A stretch of 58,761 nucleotides of DNA from positions 1 through 58,761 of IMG/VR virus record IMGVR_UViG_3300049193_000020. One strand, written 5' to 3'. Below the pieces are notes generated by a model. That model was not told the DNA's origin, did not search any database, and saw only the letters and a program-made list of their open reading frames with translations. Below, one piece after another: positions 38,246-47,014 of this stretch (positions are counted from its first letter, which is position 1; every line of letters starts with the position of its first letter). This DNA is from a virus (taxonomy: Duplodnaviria > Caudoviricetes). The position numbers and the translations under genes were made by a program.

Positions 38246-38698
38246 ATGTTTTTAGCTGATAGAAAAGAACTTGAATTTATCGCTTCATTTGAGGGGGTTC
38301 GCTATAAACGATATAAAGATAGTAAAGGGTTTGATACTATCGGCATAGGTCATTTAATTAAGGTTAGCGAACCACACCTATTAGGAGTTACTTTAACTCA
38401 TGAGCAGGTGGAAGAGTTGTTTTATAAAGATCTAGCACCCAATGAGAAATGGCTTAATACGGTGTCAGCTAATTGGAAAAAACCTATAACCCGTAATGAA
38501 TTTACTGCTTTGATTTCTTTTCTACATCAGTACCCTATCCATAAGTATAAAAATACTAAACAAGCAATAATCATTGGAAATAGACAATTAATTTGCTCTC
38601 AGATGATGTTGTTTCGTGATGCTGAAGCTGCCAAAGATGATAACCAAATGCTCAAGCGTAGAGAGAAAGAAATAGCTCTTTTCAATACGCCTGATTGA
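38246..38698 (+). CDS. endolysin, GH24 phage lysozyme
   Basis: Catalytic E-x8-D-x5-T: FEGVRYKRYKDSKGFDTIGIGH; C-terminal KRREKE. Confidence 0.9.
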   Translation: MFLADRKELEFIASFEGVRYKRYKDSKGFDTIGIGHLIKVSEPHLLGVTLTHEQVEELFYKDLAPNEKWLNTVSANWKKPITRNEFTALISFLHQYPIHKYKNTKQAIIIGNRQLICSQMMLFRDAEAAKDDNQMLKRREKEIALFNTPD

Positions 38699-39181
38699 TT
38701 ATTTTGTGGGTTGTTCCACTGGGTCAGGAGTAAACATAACTAATACTCTTTTTTTAATATCCTCTATTACCATCTGAATAGCATTTTGTTTTTCTTGTGC
38801 ATTTCCTATACCATATGACACTACATTGCCATCAGGCATAAAATAACCGTTAGAACTCATTAATTGGGCAATATGGATCTCACTGTGTACATCAATCAAT
38901 GCCAATCTGCCATGTTTATAAATCGTTCCATTTGGGGCAATAATATCTCCATTAGGCTGCATTTTCATCGTACCAGTTATCGAATTAACAACATCTGCCT
39001 GAGTAAGCAGTTTAGGGGTAATTATTGACTCTTCCCTAGTAACCTGGCTAGGAACTTCTTGTTCTTTAGTTTCTTCCCGCTTCTCAATTATAGGCGACAT
39101 CGTAAACTCTTTTGTTGGTTTATTACGGTTAAGAGCTTTTAGTGCTTTTAGTTCCTTTTGTATTTCCTTTTGTATTTTCAC
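38699..39181 (-). CDS. hypothetical protein
   Basis: 160-aa ORF, GGAGG SD, GTG start. Confidence 0.65.
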   Translation of the reverse strand: MKIQKEIQKELKALKALNRNKPTKEFTMSPIIEKREETKEQEVPSQVTREESIITPKLLTQADVVNSITGTMKMQPNGDIIAPNGTIYKHGRLALIDVHSEIHIAQLMSSNGYFMPDGNVVSYGIGNAQEKQNAIQMVIEDIKKRVLVMFTPDPVEQPTK

Positions 39182-39193
39182 AATTTACCTCCT

Positions 39194-39595
39194 TTAAAAT
39201 GGCATGTGATCTCTGTTTGTTGTTTCTTCATCCTGCATAGATTGTTTTTGCATAGTATCTGATTTTGTTTCATCATTAGTAACTATATCACCAGTTTTAA
39301 ACTGTTCAATATTATTACAAAATATTCTTAATGAAGACTTAGCCTGTCCATCCTTACCAATATAGGCATCCACCGTAGGGAAACCCTCAATCATTACTCT
39401 AGCACCCCTTTTTACGTAACTACGTACATATTCCATCTGTCTACCATATACACTAATATCACACCAGTCAGTTTTAGGATTATCTTTAGTTCCCACTGAT
39501 ACTGCCACGCTAAAACTCACAAATTGTTCACCCGTCTTAGTATTTCTAATTTCTGGGTCTCGCCCTACGTTACCTGTAATAATAATTTTTTTCAT
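39194..39595 (-). CDS. ssb: single-stranded DNA-binding protein
   Basis: IITGNVGRDPEIR, TDW, VKRG..VMIEG, acidic tail ending MPF. Confidence 0.93.
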   Translation of the reverse strand: MKKIIITGNVGRDPEIRNTKTGEQFVSFSVAVSVGTKDNPKTDWCDISVYGRQMEYVRSYVKRGARVMIEGFPTVDAYIGKDGQAKSSLRIFCNNIEQFKTGDIVTNDETKSDTMQKQSMQDEETTNRDHMPF

Positions 39596-40128
39596 TCTGC
39601 TTCATCCATTTTATTTAATATTTGTACAAGGTACTCTAAACAAGCTAAATTCTGCTTAGTACATTTGTATATTTTTCGATCAAGGATTGTGAAACTTTCA
39701 CTATTATCGCTAAATATAATAGATAATACTGGTGAAAGATATTTTTGTGGACTTTCCAACACCCTAGTTCTAAAATCAAAAGACGGTAATTCCTTAAAAG
39801 CAACGCCAACCTTTTTTAAATCTTGTATAAAATTTGTAAAGTTATCATTAGACATGCTACACACAGAGGTATCTTTAAAATGAGTATAATTATATTTGTA
39901 TACTCTTCCTATTCCTACCTTTGATAAGTAATCCTTTGATATAATTATTTCCTCTCCATTTATATTTGTGTAAATATTTGCACGATCATTAGAATCACTT
40001 GTATATCCAGAATATTTTAACACTGCCTCGAAGTTTTGCTCAGTGGTCTCTTGTGTGCTCATAGGTTTCTCCTTAGGTTTCTCTACTTGTAAAAAAGGTG
40101 AATTCATTTTATCCTCATAAATTAACAC
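39592..40128 (-). CDS. hypothetical protein
   Basis: 178-aa ORF in operon. Confidence 0.65.
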   Translation of the reverse strand: MLIYEDKMNSPFLQVEKPKEKPMSTQETTEQNFEAVLKYSGYTSDSNDRANIYTNINGEEIIISKDYLSKVGIGRVYKYNYTHFKDTSVCSMSNDNFTNFIQDLKKVGVAFKELPSFDFRTRVLESPQKYLSPVLSIIFSDNSESFTILDRKIYKCTKQNLACLEYLVQILNKMDEAE

Positions 40129-40321
40129 GTAAATACTTTCTAATCTTTTTAAGAATATATTGACAAGATGGGAATTCCCAATTCTGGTAGCCAGTAAATG
40201 GTCGATGAATTAAATATGCTTTGCTGCTAACAAATTCAACTACCTGCTCTTCAGTTTTACAGCCCTTTATAGCCATTTCCTGTACAAGTATCCTTATATA
40301 TTTAGCCTTACACTGTCTCAC
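40115..40321 (-). CDS. hypothetical protein
   Basis: 68-aa coupled ORF. Confidence 0.5.
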   Translation of the reverse strand: MRQCKAKYIRILVQEMAIKGCKTEEQVVEFVSSKAYLIHRPFTGYQNWEFPSCQYILKKIRKYLRVNL

Positions 40322-41015
40322 AACTTTTTCCTTTCAAAAATAGATGGGGTTGATTTGCTTTTATGTTACATAAAATATGATAAAACTCTTCTACCAGAGT
40401 TTCTACATCTCGCCGCATATTAGGATATGCGTAACATTTAATCTTATTATAGTCATAAATTATCACTTCCTTATCAAGTTCATCCATCTTGGCACTAAAC
40501 ACATCATAGATGAATTCATCTATCCCAGTCAGCAGGCTATATGCTCGCCACTGGTATGAATTCATATACTTTTCTGAATTAAGTGCACTAAAAGTTAACT
40601 TAGCATCGTGGACTTGAGTCACTGACATAGCATCTATTGTACCAGCTATTTGTATGCCGCCTATCATGCCTGATACTTTACATTCTCTTATAGCAGGATA
40701 TTCAAAGTTTATATTTAGGTCGTGAGCTATAGCTATTTCCCAATCTCCAACGCAAATATAAGCATCAGATACTAAATTTCTATAGCCAACCCCTTGAAGT
40801 ATTTTATGAAATGCTGTACCTGCCTGCATTTTTAAGCTAGGTGGGTTTAATTTAAGCACACTATTAATCAGCATCTCATCAGTAAACTCCTCCGGTTCAT
40901 CGCTATAACCAAACACATACCCAGTTTTATACTGAATGAAGTTATCTAACTGCGACGGAGTGATTAAGTTAGCTATTGATTTATCAATCATTTTTAGCCT
41001 CAGGTGGCACAGCAA
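40308..41015 (-). CDS. PD-(D/E)XK exonuclease-like recombination protein
   Basis: ITPSQL, AGTAFH, E..GTIDA..HDAK, YQWRAY motifs; next to Sak4-like gene and SSB. Confidence 0.75.
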   Translation of the reverse strand: MLCHLRLKMIDKSIANLITPSQLDNFIQYKTGYVFGYSDEPEEFTDEMLINSVLKLNPPSLKMQAGTAFHKILQGVGYRNLVSDAYICVGDWEIAIAHDLNINFEYPAIRECKVSGMIGGIQIAGTIDAMSVTQVHDAKLTFSALNSEKYMNSYQWRAYSLLTGIDEFIYDVFSAKMDELDKEVIIYDYNKIKCYAYPNMRRDVETLVEEFYHILCNIKANQPHLFLKGKSCETV

Positions 41016-41919
41016 GCACGTATTTTCCTATGCTTTTATCATATGCAAAGCCTAAGCTAACTGCATGGTCATTAAGTACGACTTTAATTGAGGGTGTCTT
41101 AAATATATAATCACGTATTCCGCTTGGTTCAAAGAATTTATTGACATCTTCAAGGCTTTGTGCGCCTTTGATTAAATCGGAAGCCGCCTCAAATTCTTGT
41201 TCTGCTGCTATTTGTTCCTGAGATTTTCTGTTCATGTTTTCTTTAGCTGTTTTTAGTAGCTCTAACATGAAATATTGATTATTAGCATGATTGGGTATTT
41301 CTTGCTCTTCAATCTGGGCGCTATTTTTGCCAAGGTGGGAGTTGCTAAAATTAAAATCAAGTATACGCTTTCTTTCTCTAGCAAACATATAGCCTATTAA
41401 ATCACTATCCTTATGAATTACTGTTTTAGCAGAATTACCAGAACATGATAGTCTAGTATAACGTTCATCATTCTCTATCTTTTCTTCACTATGTGCAATA
41501 ATGATTATATCTTTATGAAATGATTTAATCTTATTTAGAAACGCACTGAATGCAACCCCTAAATCTCCATATCCCTTTTGTGTTAAAGCACCAGAACGTT
41601 GAGCTAATTTAGGATTATGCTTAATTAGGTCTACTATTAAGCAATTAAGCATACTGCCTAAAGTGTCTATGATGACAGTATCATATTCCGCCAAGTCTTC
41701 TGCTGATATATTAGCTATTTCTGACCAATTATTAATACGTACAGTATGTTTGCGTCCTAATGCTCTTTGTGCGCCTAAATCAAAGTCTAACATTAATGGT
41801 TTACTGGCGCTATATGCCAAGCTCGTTTTACCTACACCAGGCTCACCGTATATAGTAACTATTAAATTAGTTACCTTAATTGGTTCTGATGGTGGAATGA
41901 TATTTATACCCATGAACAC
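40984..41919 (-). CDS. AAA_24 / Sak4-like ssDNA-annealing ATPase
   Basis: IYGEPGVGKTS, LDFDLG, TVIIDT, IIIIAH, DLIGY motifs. Confidence 0.85.
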   Translation of the reverse strand: MFMGINIIPPSEPIKVTNLIVTIYGEPGVGKTSLAYSASKPLMLDFDLGAQRALGRKHTVRINNWSEIANISAEDLAEYDTVIIDTLGSMLNCLIVDLIKHNPKLAQRSGALTQKGYGDLGVAFSAFLNKIKSFHKDIIIIAHSEEKIENDERYTRLSCSGNSAKTVIHKDSDLIGYMFARERKRILDFNFSNSHLGKNSAQIEEQEIPNHANNQYFMLELLKTAKENMNRKSQEQIAAEQEFEAASDLIKGAQSLEDVNKFFEPSGIRDYIFKTPSIKVVLNDHAVSLGFAYDKSIGKYVLAVPPEAKND

Positions 41920-41936
41920 TCTCCTCTAAAAAATCC

Positions 41937-42140
41937 TTAGGCTTTCTTTTTCTCAAGCCAATCTATAATATCTTGCTTTCTCCAAACTGTTAACTTTGTG
42001 CTTAATCTGCATGGCTCTGGAAAATCACCATTCCTTATGTATTTTTGTACTGTGGTTCTGCCAACTTTTAAGAATGCACAAATATCTTTTACTCGAAAAT
42101 ATTCATCATCTGTATTCAATTCATATACTCCATCAATCAC
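41937..42140 (-). CDS. AlpA/excisionase-type HTH protein
   Basis: RVKDIC..LKVGRTTV.KYI..GDFPEP.RL....VWRKQDI.DW. Confidence 0.85.
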   Translation of the reverse strand: MIDGVYELNTDDEYFRVKDICAFLKVGRTTVQKYIRNGDFPEPCRLSTKLTVWRKQDIIDWLEKKKA

Positions 42141-42166
42141 AATAGGCTATTATAAACTATAGTAAC

Positions 42167-42625
42167 CTAATCTGTCAAGTATTTATCGATAATGTTAATT
42201 GCTTCATTAGCAAAATAACATACTGCTACACGATAGCCCTGCTCTCTAAGCTGTTCAATAACCTTAAGTTGAACATCTGATACACCGCCTTTTGATGTAG
42301 GACGAACAGGTTTTAGGCTTGGCTTTTTCATCTCTATGTATAAACCATGATAACCGCCTCTGGCAACCGCTAAGAAAATATCTGGTATTCCTGCTTTACC
42401 GCCAGCAGCTTTCCATCTACCCTGCTGAACTGCTGAAGTTAAGACCTGTGTATTCATATTGCCATATAGCAGGCATTCTAATTCAGGGTGTTGATACAGG
42501 ATAAGTGGATTTGCTGCCCACTCAAATACTTTCTTTTGCTCGTTATATTCCTCATATTTATATTTTTTCTTAGGTTTTTTTATAGCAAAATTATTATAAT
42601 AATCATCTAATGTAATACGTGTCAT
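42167..42625 (-). CDS. VRR-NUC domain nuclease (Holliday-junction resolvase-like)
   Basis: GGKAGIPDIFL, GLYIEMK, GGVSDVQ, GYRVAVC. Confidence 0.88.
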   Translation of the reverse strand: MTRITLDDYYNNFAIKKPKKKYKYEEYNEQKKVFEWAANPLILYQHPELECLLYGNMNTQVLTSAVQQGRWKAAGGKAGIPDIFLAVARGGYHGLYIEMKKPSLKPVRPTSKGGVSDVQLKVIEQLREQGYRVAVCYFANEAINIIDKYLTD

Positions 42626-42816
42626 GCTTGATTACCCTGTATTTTATCAGCATAGCGCTCTCGCATCATCTGGACTGTTTTACTAATTTGCTGTAACATG
42701 ACTCTGTTAATAGGATATTTTGATATGCCCTGCTCTTGAAGCCGCATAAAAAACTCTTCAAATGTAATATTTTCCTCAGAATCGTTTTTAAGCCCGTCAG
42801 GGTGATTGTTATCCAT
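42622..42816 (-). CDS. hypothetical protein
   Basis: 64-aa ORF with SD. Confidence 0.55.
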   Translation of the reverse strand: MDNNHPDGLKNDSEENITFEEFFMRLQEQGISKYPINRVMLQQISKTVQMMRERYADKIQGNQA

Positions 42817-42855
42817 ACATACTTACCTTTCCTCGTTTTTAAGTTTAAAACTCAA

Positions 42856-43749
42856 CTATGCGCTTTTTTGTGGCTCTAGATGCTGTGTTTTATCCCTCTT
42901 TTCACTGTCGATTATCTGCTGACGCTTGTTTATGCATTGTTGACGTGTTAAACGGTTGCCGCGATCATCTTCATAAATTTTCATAAACGGCTTAATGAGT
43001 GCTCGGGTTTGTATGCTCCTAAGTAAGCAGTCTTCTATATCCAAAGCTTCTGTTTTAGCCCACTTTTCAAGTAGAATAAGGTTGGCTTTTATAGTAATGG
43101 GTTGCAAATTAGGCTTAGAGATGGCATACCCGACTATCGCGTTCATTTCATCTGCTGTAAACTCCATCCCCGACAGTTCAATTTGATACTTCCAAGCTCC
43201 TATAGCTGATTTTCTAACTTCCGGTATTTCTGATAGTTGCTGCATATGTTGATTGTTATAACTAACATACCGATCACCCACCGCTACCGCAGGAGTTATA
43301 ATTTTTTCAGGGGGTAGGGGGTTATTACTAATAGATTCAGTTTTATTAATAGATATATTAGTATTATTATATGCCCTGATTTTACCGAAGTCGGTGTTTT
43401 CAGGAATTCGGGTTTTTACCGAAGTCGGTGTTTTCAGGGGTTCGGCTGGTTCTATTTTAGTTTCATTTAGTTGATAATCTAAATAGCCTAACAAATGACC
43501 TTTCTCATCCCGCTGCTGCTGCCTGGTAATCCAGCCTGCCGCTATCAATATTCTGAATGATTTGATTAACGCATCTCTACCTATATCAAGCTGCTTCTGA
43601 ATGTCTGCATTTAATACTTTCCAGCCATCATGTTTAGATACTAAATAACAATAAACTCTAAAAGCTGTAGCAGTAATAGTAATATCACTAATAATACTAT
43701 TAGGTATTACGCTAAAGTGCTTAATTAATCTGTTCTTAGTTACTGCCAT
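42856..43749 (-). CDS. phage replication initiator (lambda O-like, N-terminal wHTH); true start probably 43749/43752 rather than 43992
   Basis: FSVIPN..I..TAFRVYCYL..W...I...L.IGRD...L..AGWI wHTH; internal iterons. Confidence 0.8.
   Translation of the reverse strand: MAVTKNRLIKHFSVIPNSIISDITITATAFRVYCYLVSKHDGWKVLNADIQKQLDIGRDALIKSFRILIAAGWITRQQQRDEKGHLLGYLDYQLNETKIEPAEPLKTPTSVKTRIPENTDFGKIRAYNNTNISINKTESISNNPLPPEKIITPAVAVGDRYVSYNNQHMQQLSEIPEVRKSAIGAWKYQIELSGMEFTADEMNAIVGYAISKPNLQPITIKANLILLEKWAKTEALDIEDCLLRSIQTRALIKPFMKIYEDDRGNRLTRQQCINKRQQIIDSEKRDKTQHLEPQKSA
43380..43438. repeat. iteron pair (putative origin) within the initiator gene
   Basis: TTTTACCGAAGTCGGTGTTTTCAGG at 43380-43404 and 43414-43438, next to an AT-rich tract at about 43321-43370. 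Confidence 0.75.
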
Positions 43750-44143
43750 CATAAATCTCATTGAAATTTTTATATTTATAATTTTGTTTAGCAGGTTTAG
43801 CAGTATATTGCCCAAACCTTTCCCACTCACCATCACAATTTTTGATAAACCCATTAGCCCGCATTTCACTTTCATATTCTGCATGCATGCGTCTATCTTT
43901 TTCCCTCTTTTCACAAACCGGACAGCCAGTCCAGATAATCTTGCCTGACGGCAAGCCGTGTTTTTCGTTTGTATATTGTCCGTGCCGCACACACGTAGAC
44001 TGCCCGACAGCTAAAACATTTGGATATTTAAACCGTCCCTCAGTTAGCTTTCCATTGCTATCTCTAGCTTTATAAACTTTGTCTATATTGCTAAGCGATT
44101 TGTTCAGATATGTATCAATTCTTTGCATTCTATTCTCCGACAA
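43736..44143 (-). CDS. Zn-binding protein resembling the N-terminal domain of phage DnaC-type loaders
   Basis: CVRHGQY...WTGCPVC; no ATPase motifs. Confidence 0.5.
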   Translation of the reverse strand: MSENRMQRIDTYLNKSLSNIDKVYKARDSNGKLTEGRFKYPNVLAVGQSTCVRHGQYTNEKHGLPSGKIIWTGCPVCEKREKDRRMHAEYESEMRANGFIKNCDGEWERFGQYTAKPAKQNYKYKNFNEIYDGSN

Positions 44144-44266
44144 ATAAAAAAGGCATTAAGAACTTTAGTAGCAGATAAAGTTCAATAATGCCTCAATTAT
44201 GTAATTATCCACTCTATTTTAACACCTGCTACTGTGTGATAAGAGAGTGGACATACCGCTATTATA
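44144..44266 (-). promoter_or_regulatory. leader with two hairpins (second is terminator-like) and complementary loops
   Basis: TATAAT at 44266-44261; loops AGTAGCAG and CTGCTACT; stem AGGCATTA/TAATGCCT then a T-run. Confidence 0.65.
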
Positions 44267-44355
44267 CCTTAGAGCTAACAATTCGACCTAAATATTTATG
44301 TATGGTTTTGCGGACATTAATATAGGTGATTCATCTTGTTTGAGTTCAAAATTCA

Positions 44356-45339
44356 TTATAGCTCCTGCAAAATCTTAACAGCTTCAATTATTTTGTCGCA
44401 TTGTTCTTTAGTATACTCCTCCTTTTTCATCTTTAATGCTATATCACCATCAGTGAATCTACATAAATCAATGCCATAAGAGCGCTCAAAGAGTATAGTG
44501 CCTTTTACTCGCTGTAACTTCTCTATTAAATATTCTTCTGCATTAAACTTAGGCTTTTTAGGTAAGCGCTTTAGCTCACCAATAAAAGCCTCTACACATT
44601 TAATAAATTTACTTAAATTATATTTTCGCAAATTGAACTCTTCTCGGACAGTATTATTCGTAAGCCAATTCTTAAAAGATATATCTGCGCCATAATCCCA
44701 AGATATTACGCTTGTGCCTGCTGAATTATTTATTATGTATGAAAAGCTATTGCTTTCACACTCAGTATCACGCTTAAATCCATTATACTCTAATGTTTCA
44801 GCTAAATTACTCATGGTGATTTTTTGGTATTCTTGTTTCATAGTTTTGTTCCTTTCATAGTTAAAATCATCATCAAATATAGTATAACCAAAATCCTTGC
44901 TATTGAACAAATGAGATCTAACACCCAGTATCTCATCTGCGTTGAATACAAAAGGATTGCTTCTTTTTAAATTAGCATTTACACTAACACCCCTTTTGTA
45001 CTTAATTGTAGAATTATCTTTGTGCCACTTTAAAAGGCAAGCAAAAGCATCTATCAAATCATCACTGAATATCCCAGCATTATTTAATGTTTCTTTGACT
45101 GTGTCTAAAGTTACACTCTTAAAAAGTGACATGAATAAAGGGTTCACATCACACCTTTGACAATCAGCAGTCAACACTTTAGGAGCTAGGCAATTCAAAT
45201 CGCCATAAATATTTAATTTATTATGCGTATAAACATATCCCCACACAGCGGATTGATTTCGGCAATAAGGAGCTATAGCCTTTTTTCTATACTCAAACCC
45301 ATTAGCCAATAAAAAATCATGAATTTCTTTTTTAAACAT
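44356..45339 (-). CDS. hypothetical protein (may be two fused genes; internal AAGGA SD before MKQEY)
   Basis: 327-aa ORF. Confidence 0.6.
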   Translation of the reverse strand: MFKKEIHDFLLANGFEYRKKAIAPYCRNQSAVWGYVYTHNKLNIYGDLNCLAPKVLTADCQRCDVNPLFMSLFKSVTLDTVKETLNNAGIFSDDLIDAFACLLKWHKDNSTIKYKRGVSVNANLKRSNPFVFNADEILGVRSHLFNSKDFGYTIFDDDFNYERNKTMKQEYQKITMSNLAETLEYNGFKRDTECESNSFSYIINNSAGTSVISWDYGADISFKNWLTNNTVREEFNLRKYNLSKFIKCVEAFIGELKRLPKKPKFNAEEYLIEKLQRVKGTILFERSYGIDLCRFTDGDIALKMKKEEYTKEQCDKIIEAVKILQEL

Positions 45340-47014
45340 AATTTAATTCCTTAGTCAAGTTAGCTCTAATCTCAGCCAAGCTGATTTTATTAATAAGGTT
45401 GCCATCCTCATAAATGGTCTTAAGTAAGCCTGTTTGCTCTTGCTCTAGTGTACATTGCTGTATTACCTCATAATCTTTAGTAACACATAATAACCCAGTT
45501 GCAGACTTCTTACTACTATCAGTTATTGGACACTTTTGAATATTCTTAGCTACACCATTAATTTGACACCAAGTAGCTTTCATCGCCCAGCTTTGGCTAT
45601 CGCGGGTATTATAGCAGTAGGTAAAGCTACCTACGCCAAACACTATATTGCTTGATGCGAATCCTTTAGCTTCTAAACGCTTAAATATATCCTCTGCGCG
45701 TTCAATAGTGATAGAATCGCCATAGATCAATCCAACTTTAGGATTAAGCACTTTGTAGCCTTTTTCATTTACAGTGCCACCAAACACATCCCAGAGTAAT
45801 TCAATTGCGCCTTTCACTTCGCAAACAGAAACTTGTTCTGTTAAATCCATATATTGACAGCAACTATATCCATCAACTTCCCTTTCATGTGTAGTATATT
45901 TATAATAAATACCATCCTTTTCTATCACATCGCATTCTAAGTCTATATCATCTCTATCACTAGCTATGGTATCATGCCAATATGTTTTAAAAAAAGATAG
46001 GGCATCGTCATAAGACTTAACTCTTAACCCACAAGTAATATCAGCAGGATCACCACTGTCAGGTCTAATAACTACTTTGCTATCACGAGCTAATATTTCA
46101 TCTTTTAATTTAGGTAAAATATTAGTAAGTACATTCCATAAGTCCCAAGTGTCGCTAACTATAGATACTATGCCTGACGGATATAATTCAGTGATAATGC
46201 GTTTAAATGTATCAAGCTCATTATCTATGCCACCGGCACACATAACACTATGCTCTGTGGCTGGCACGCTGCACCCCACTAATTCAGTAGTGATGTCTGC
46301 CTCGTAGTAATATTCTAGCGCTTGAATAGCAGGTATAGTGTCTGTGCCACGGCTAACTAATAAATGTGCCATGCCAGACGCTATAGCAGCTTCTAATGTA
46401 GGCATACCGCGCATAGAAAAATCATGTAGCTGAAAAGGTAAATGCCCCTCATCTGTACATGTTTTATTACTGTAATGCTTGCATAGTTTCGCATATTCAA
46501 AAGCCACGCTTGCATTATTAGACATCATCCAAATGCTGCAACTTAAAACAGTTTCAAGAAAATTAGTCAACCAGTAAAATTTTGTATTAGTGTTTGTAAT
46601 AGTAAGGCATGGCGTACCATATTTAACTACACTACCCTCTTTTAATGCTTTTATCATTATCGGTAAAAACCCTAGATTATGCAAGTCAATAATATGCTCA
46701 ACCTCAGGATTTTCTACAAATAAACAGCTTTTAATAATCCGTCTATATTCATCTAAAACATGATCTAATGGCTTGTTAAAGAAATATTCATTAAACATAT
46801 CTATTAATATATGCTTAATAAAATATTGAGCACCAAACCATACTAATTTATGGTTATATAATGAGCTTTTATTACCCGCAAAATATTTATCATTGCGTGG
46901 TGTAAAATTAGAATATACATATTCCGTGCCTGCTGGATATTGTACTCTGTGCGATATTTTATAAAAGTCGGCTAAAAGCAAAGGTGTAGGTTTAAACATA
47001 TTAATATCTTTCAA
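45332..47014 (-). CDS. nicotinamide phosphoribosyltransferase-like protein (probable NARP1 Namat)
   Basis: LADFYKISH, NFTPR, HDFSMRG, SVPATEHS, SIVSDTWD, VIRPDSG, IYGDSIT, KKSATG. Confidence 0.92.
   Translation of the reverse strand: MKDINMFKPTPLLLADFYKISHRVQYPAGTEYVYSNFTPRNDKYFAGNKSSLYNHKLVWFGAQYFIKHILIDMFNEYFFNKPLDHVLDEYRRIIKSCLFVENPEVEHIIDLHNLGFLPIMIKALKEGSVVKYGTPCLTITNTNTKFYWLTNFLETVLSCSIWMMSNNASVAFEYAKLCKHYSNKTCTDEGHLPFQLHDFSMRGMPTLEAAIASGMAHLLVSRGTDTIPAIQALEYYYEADITTELVGCSVPATEHSVMCAGGIDNELDTFKRIITELYPSGIVSIVSDTWDLWNVLTNILPKLKDEILARDSKVVIRPDSGDPADITCGLRVKSYDDALSFFKTYWHDTIASDRDDIDLECDVIEKDGIYYKYTTHEREVDGYSCCQYMDLTEQVSVCEVKGAIELLWDVFGGTVNEKGYKVLNPKVGLIYGDSITIERAEDIFKRLEAKGFASSNIVFGVGSFTYCYNTRDSQSWAMKATWCQINGVAKNIQKCPITDSSKKSATGLLCVTKDYEVIQQCTLEQEQTGLLKTIYEDGNLINKISLAEIRANLTKELNYV

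Noticed and set aside
39194-39595. Host assignment from SSB or promoter style
   Set aside because: Cannot be supported without a database search; only a Gram-negative host (from spanins) is inferred
43750-43992. N-terminal 80 aa of the 378-aa ORF in the track
   Set aside because: Overlaps the 43736-44143 gene; the recognisable initiator domain starts at MAVTKN
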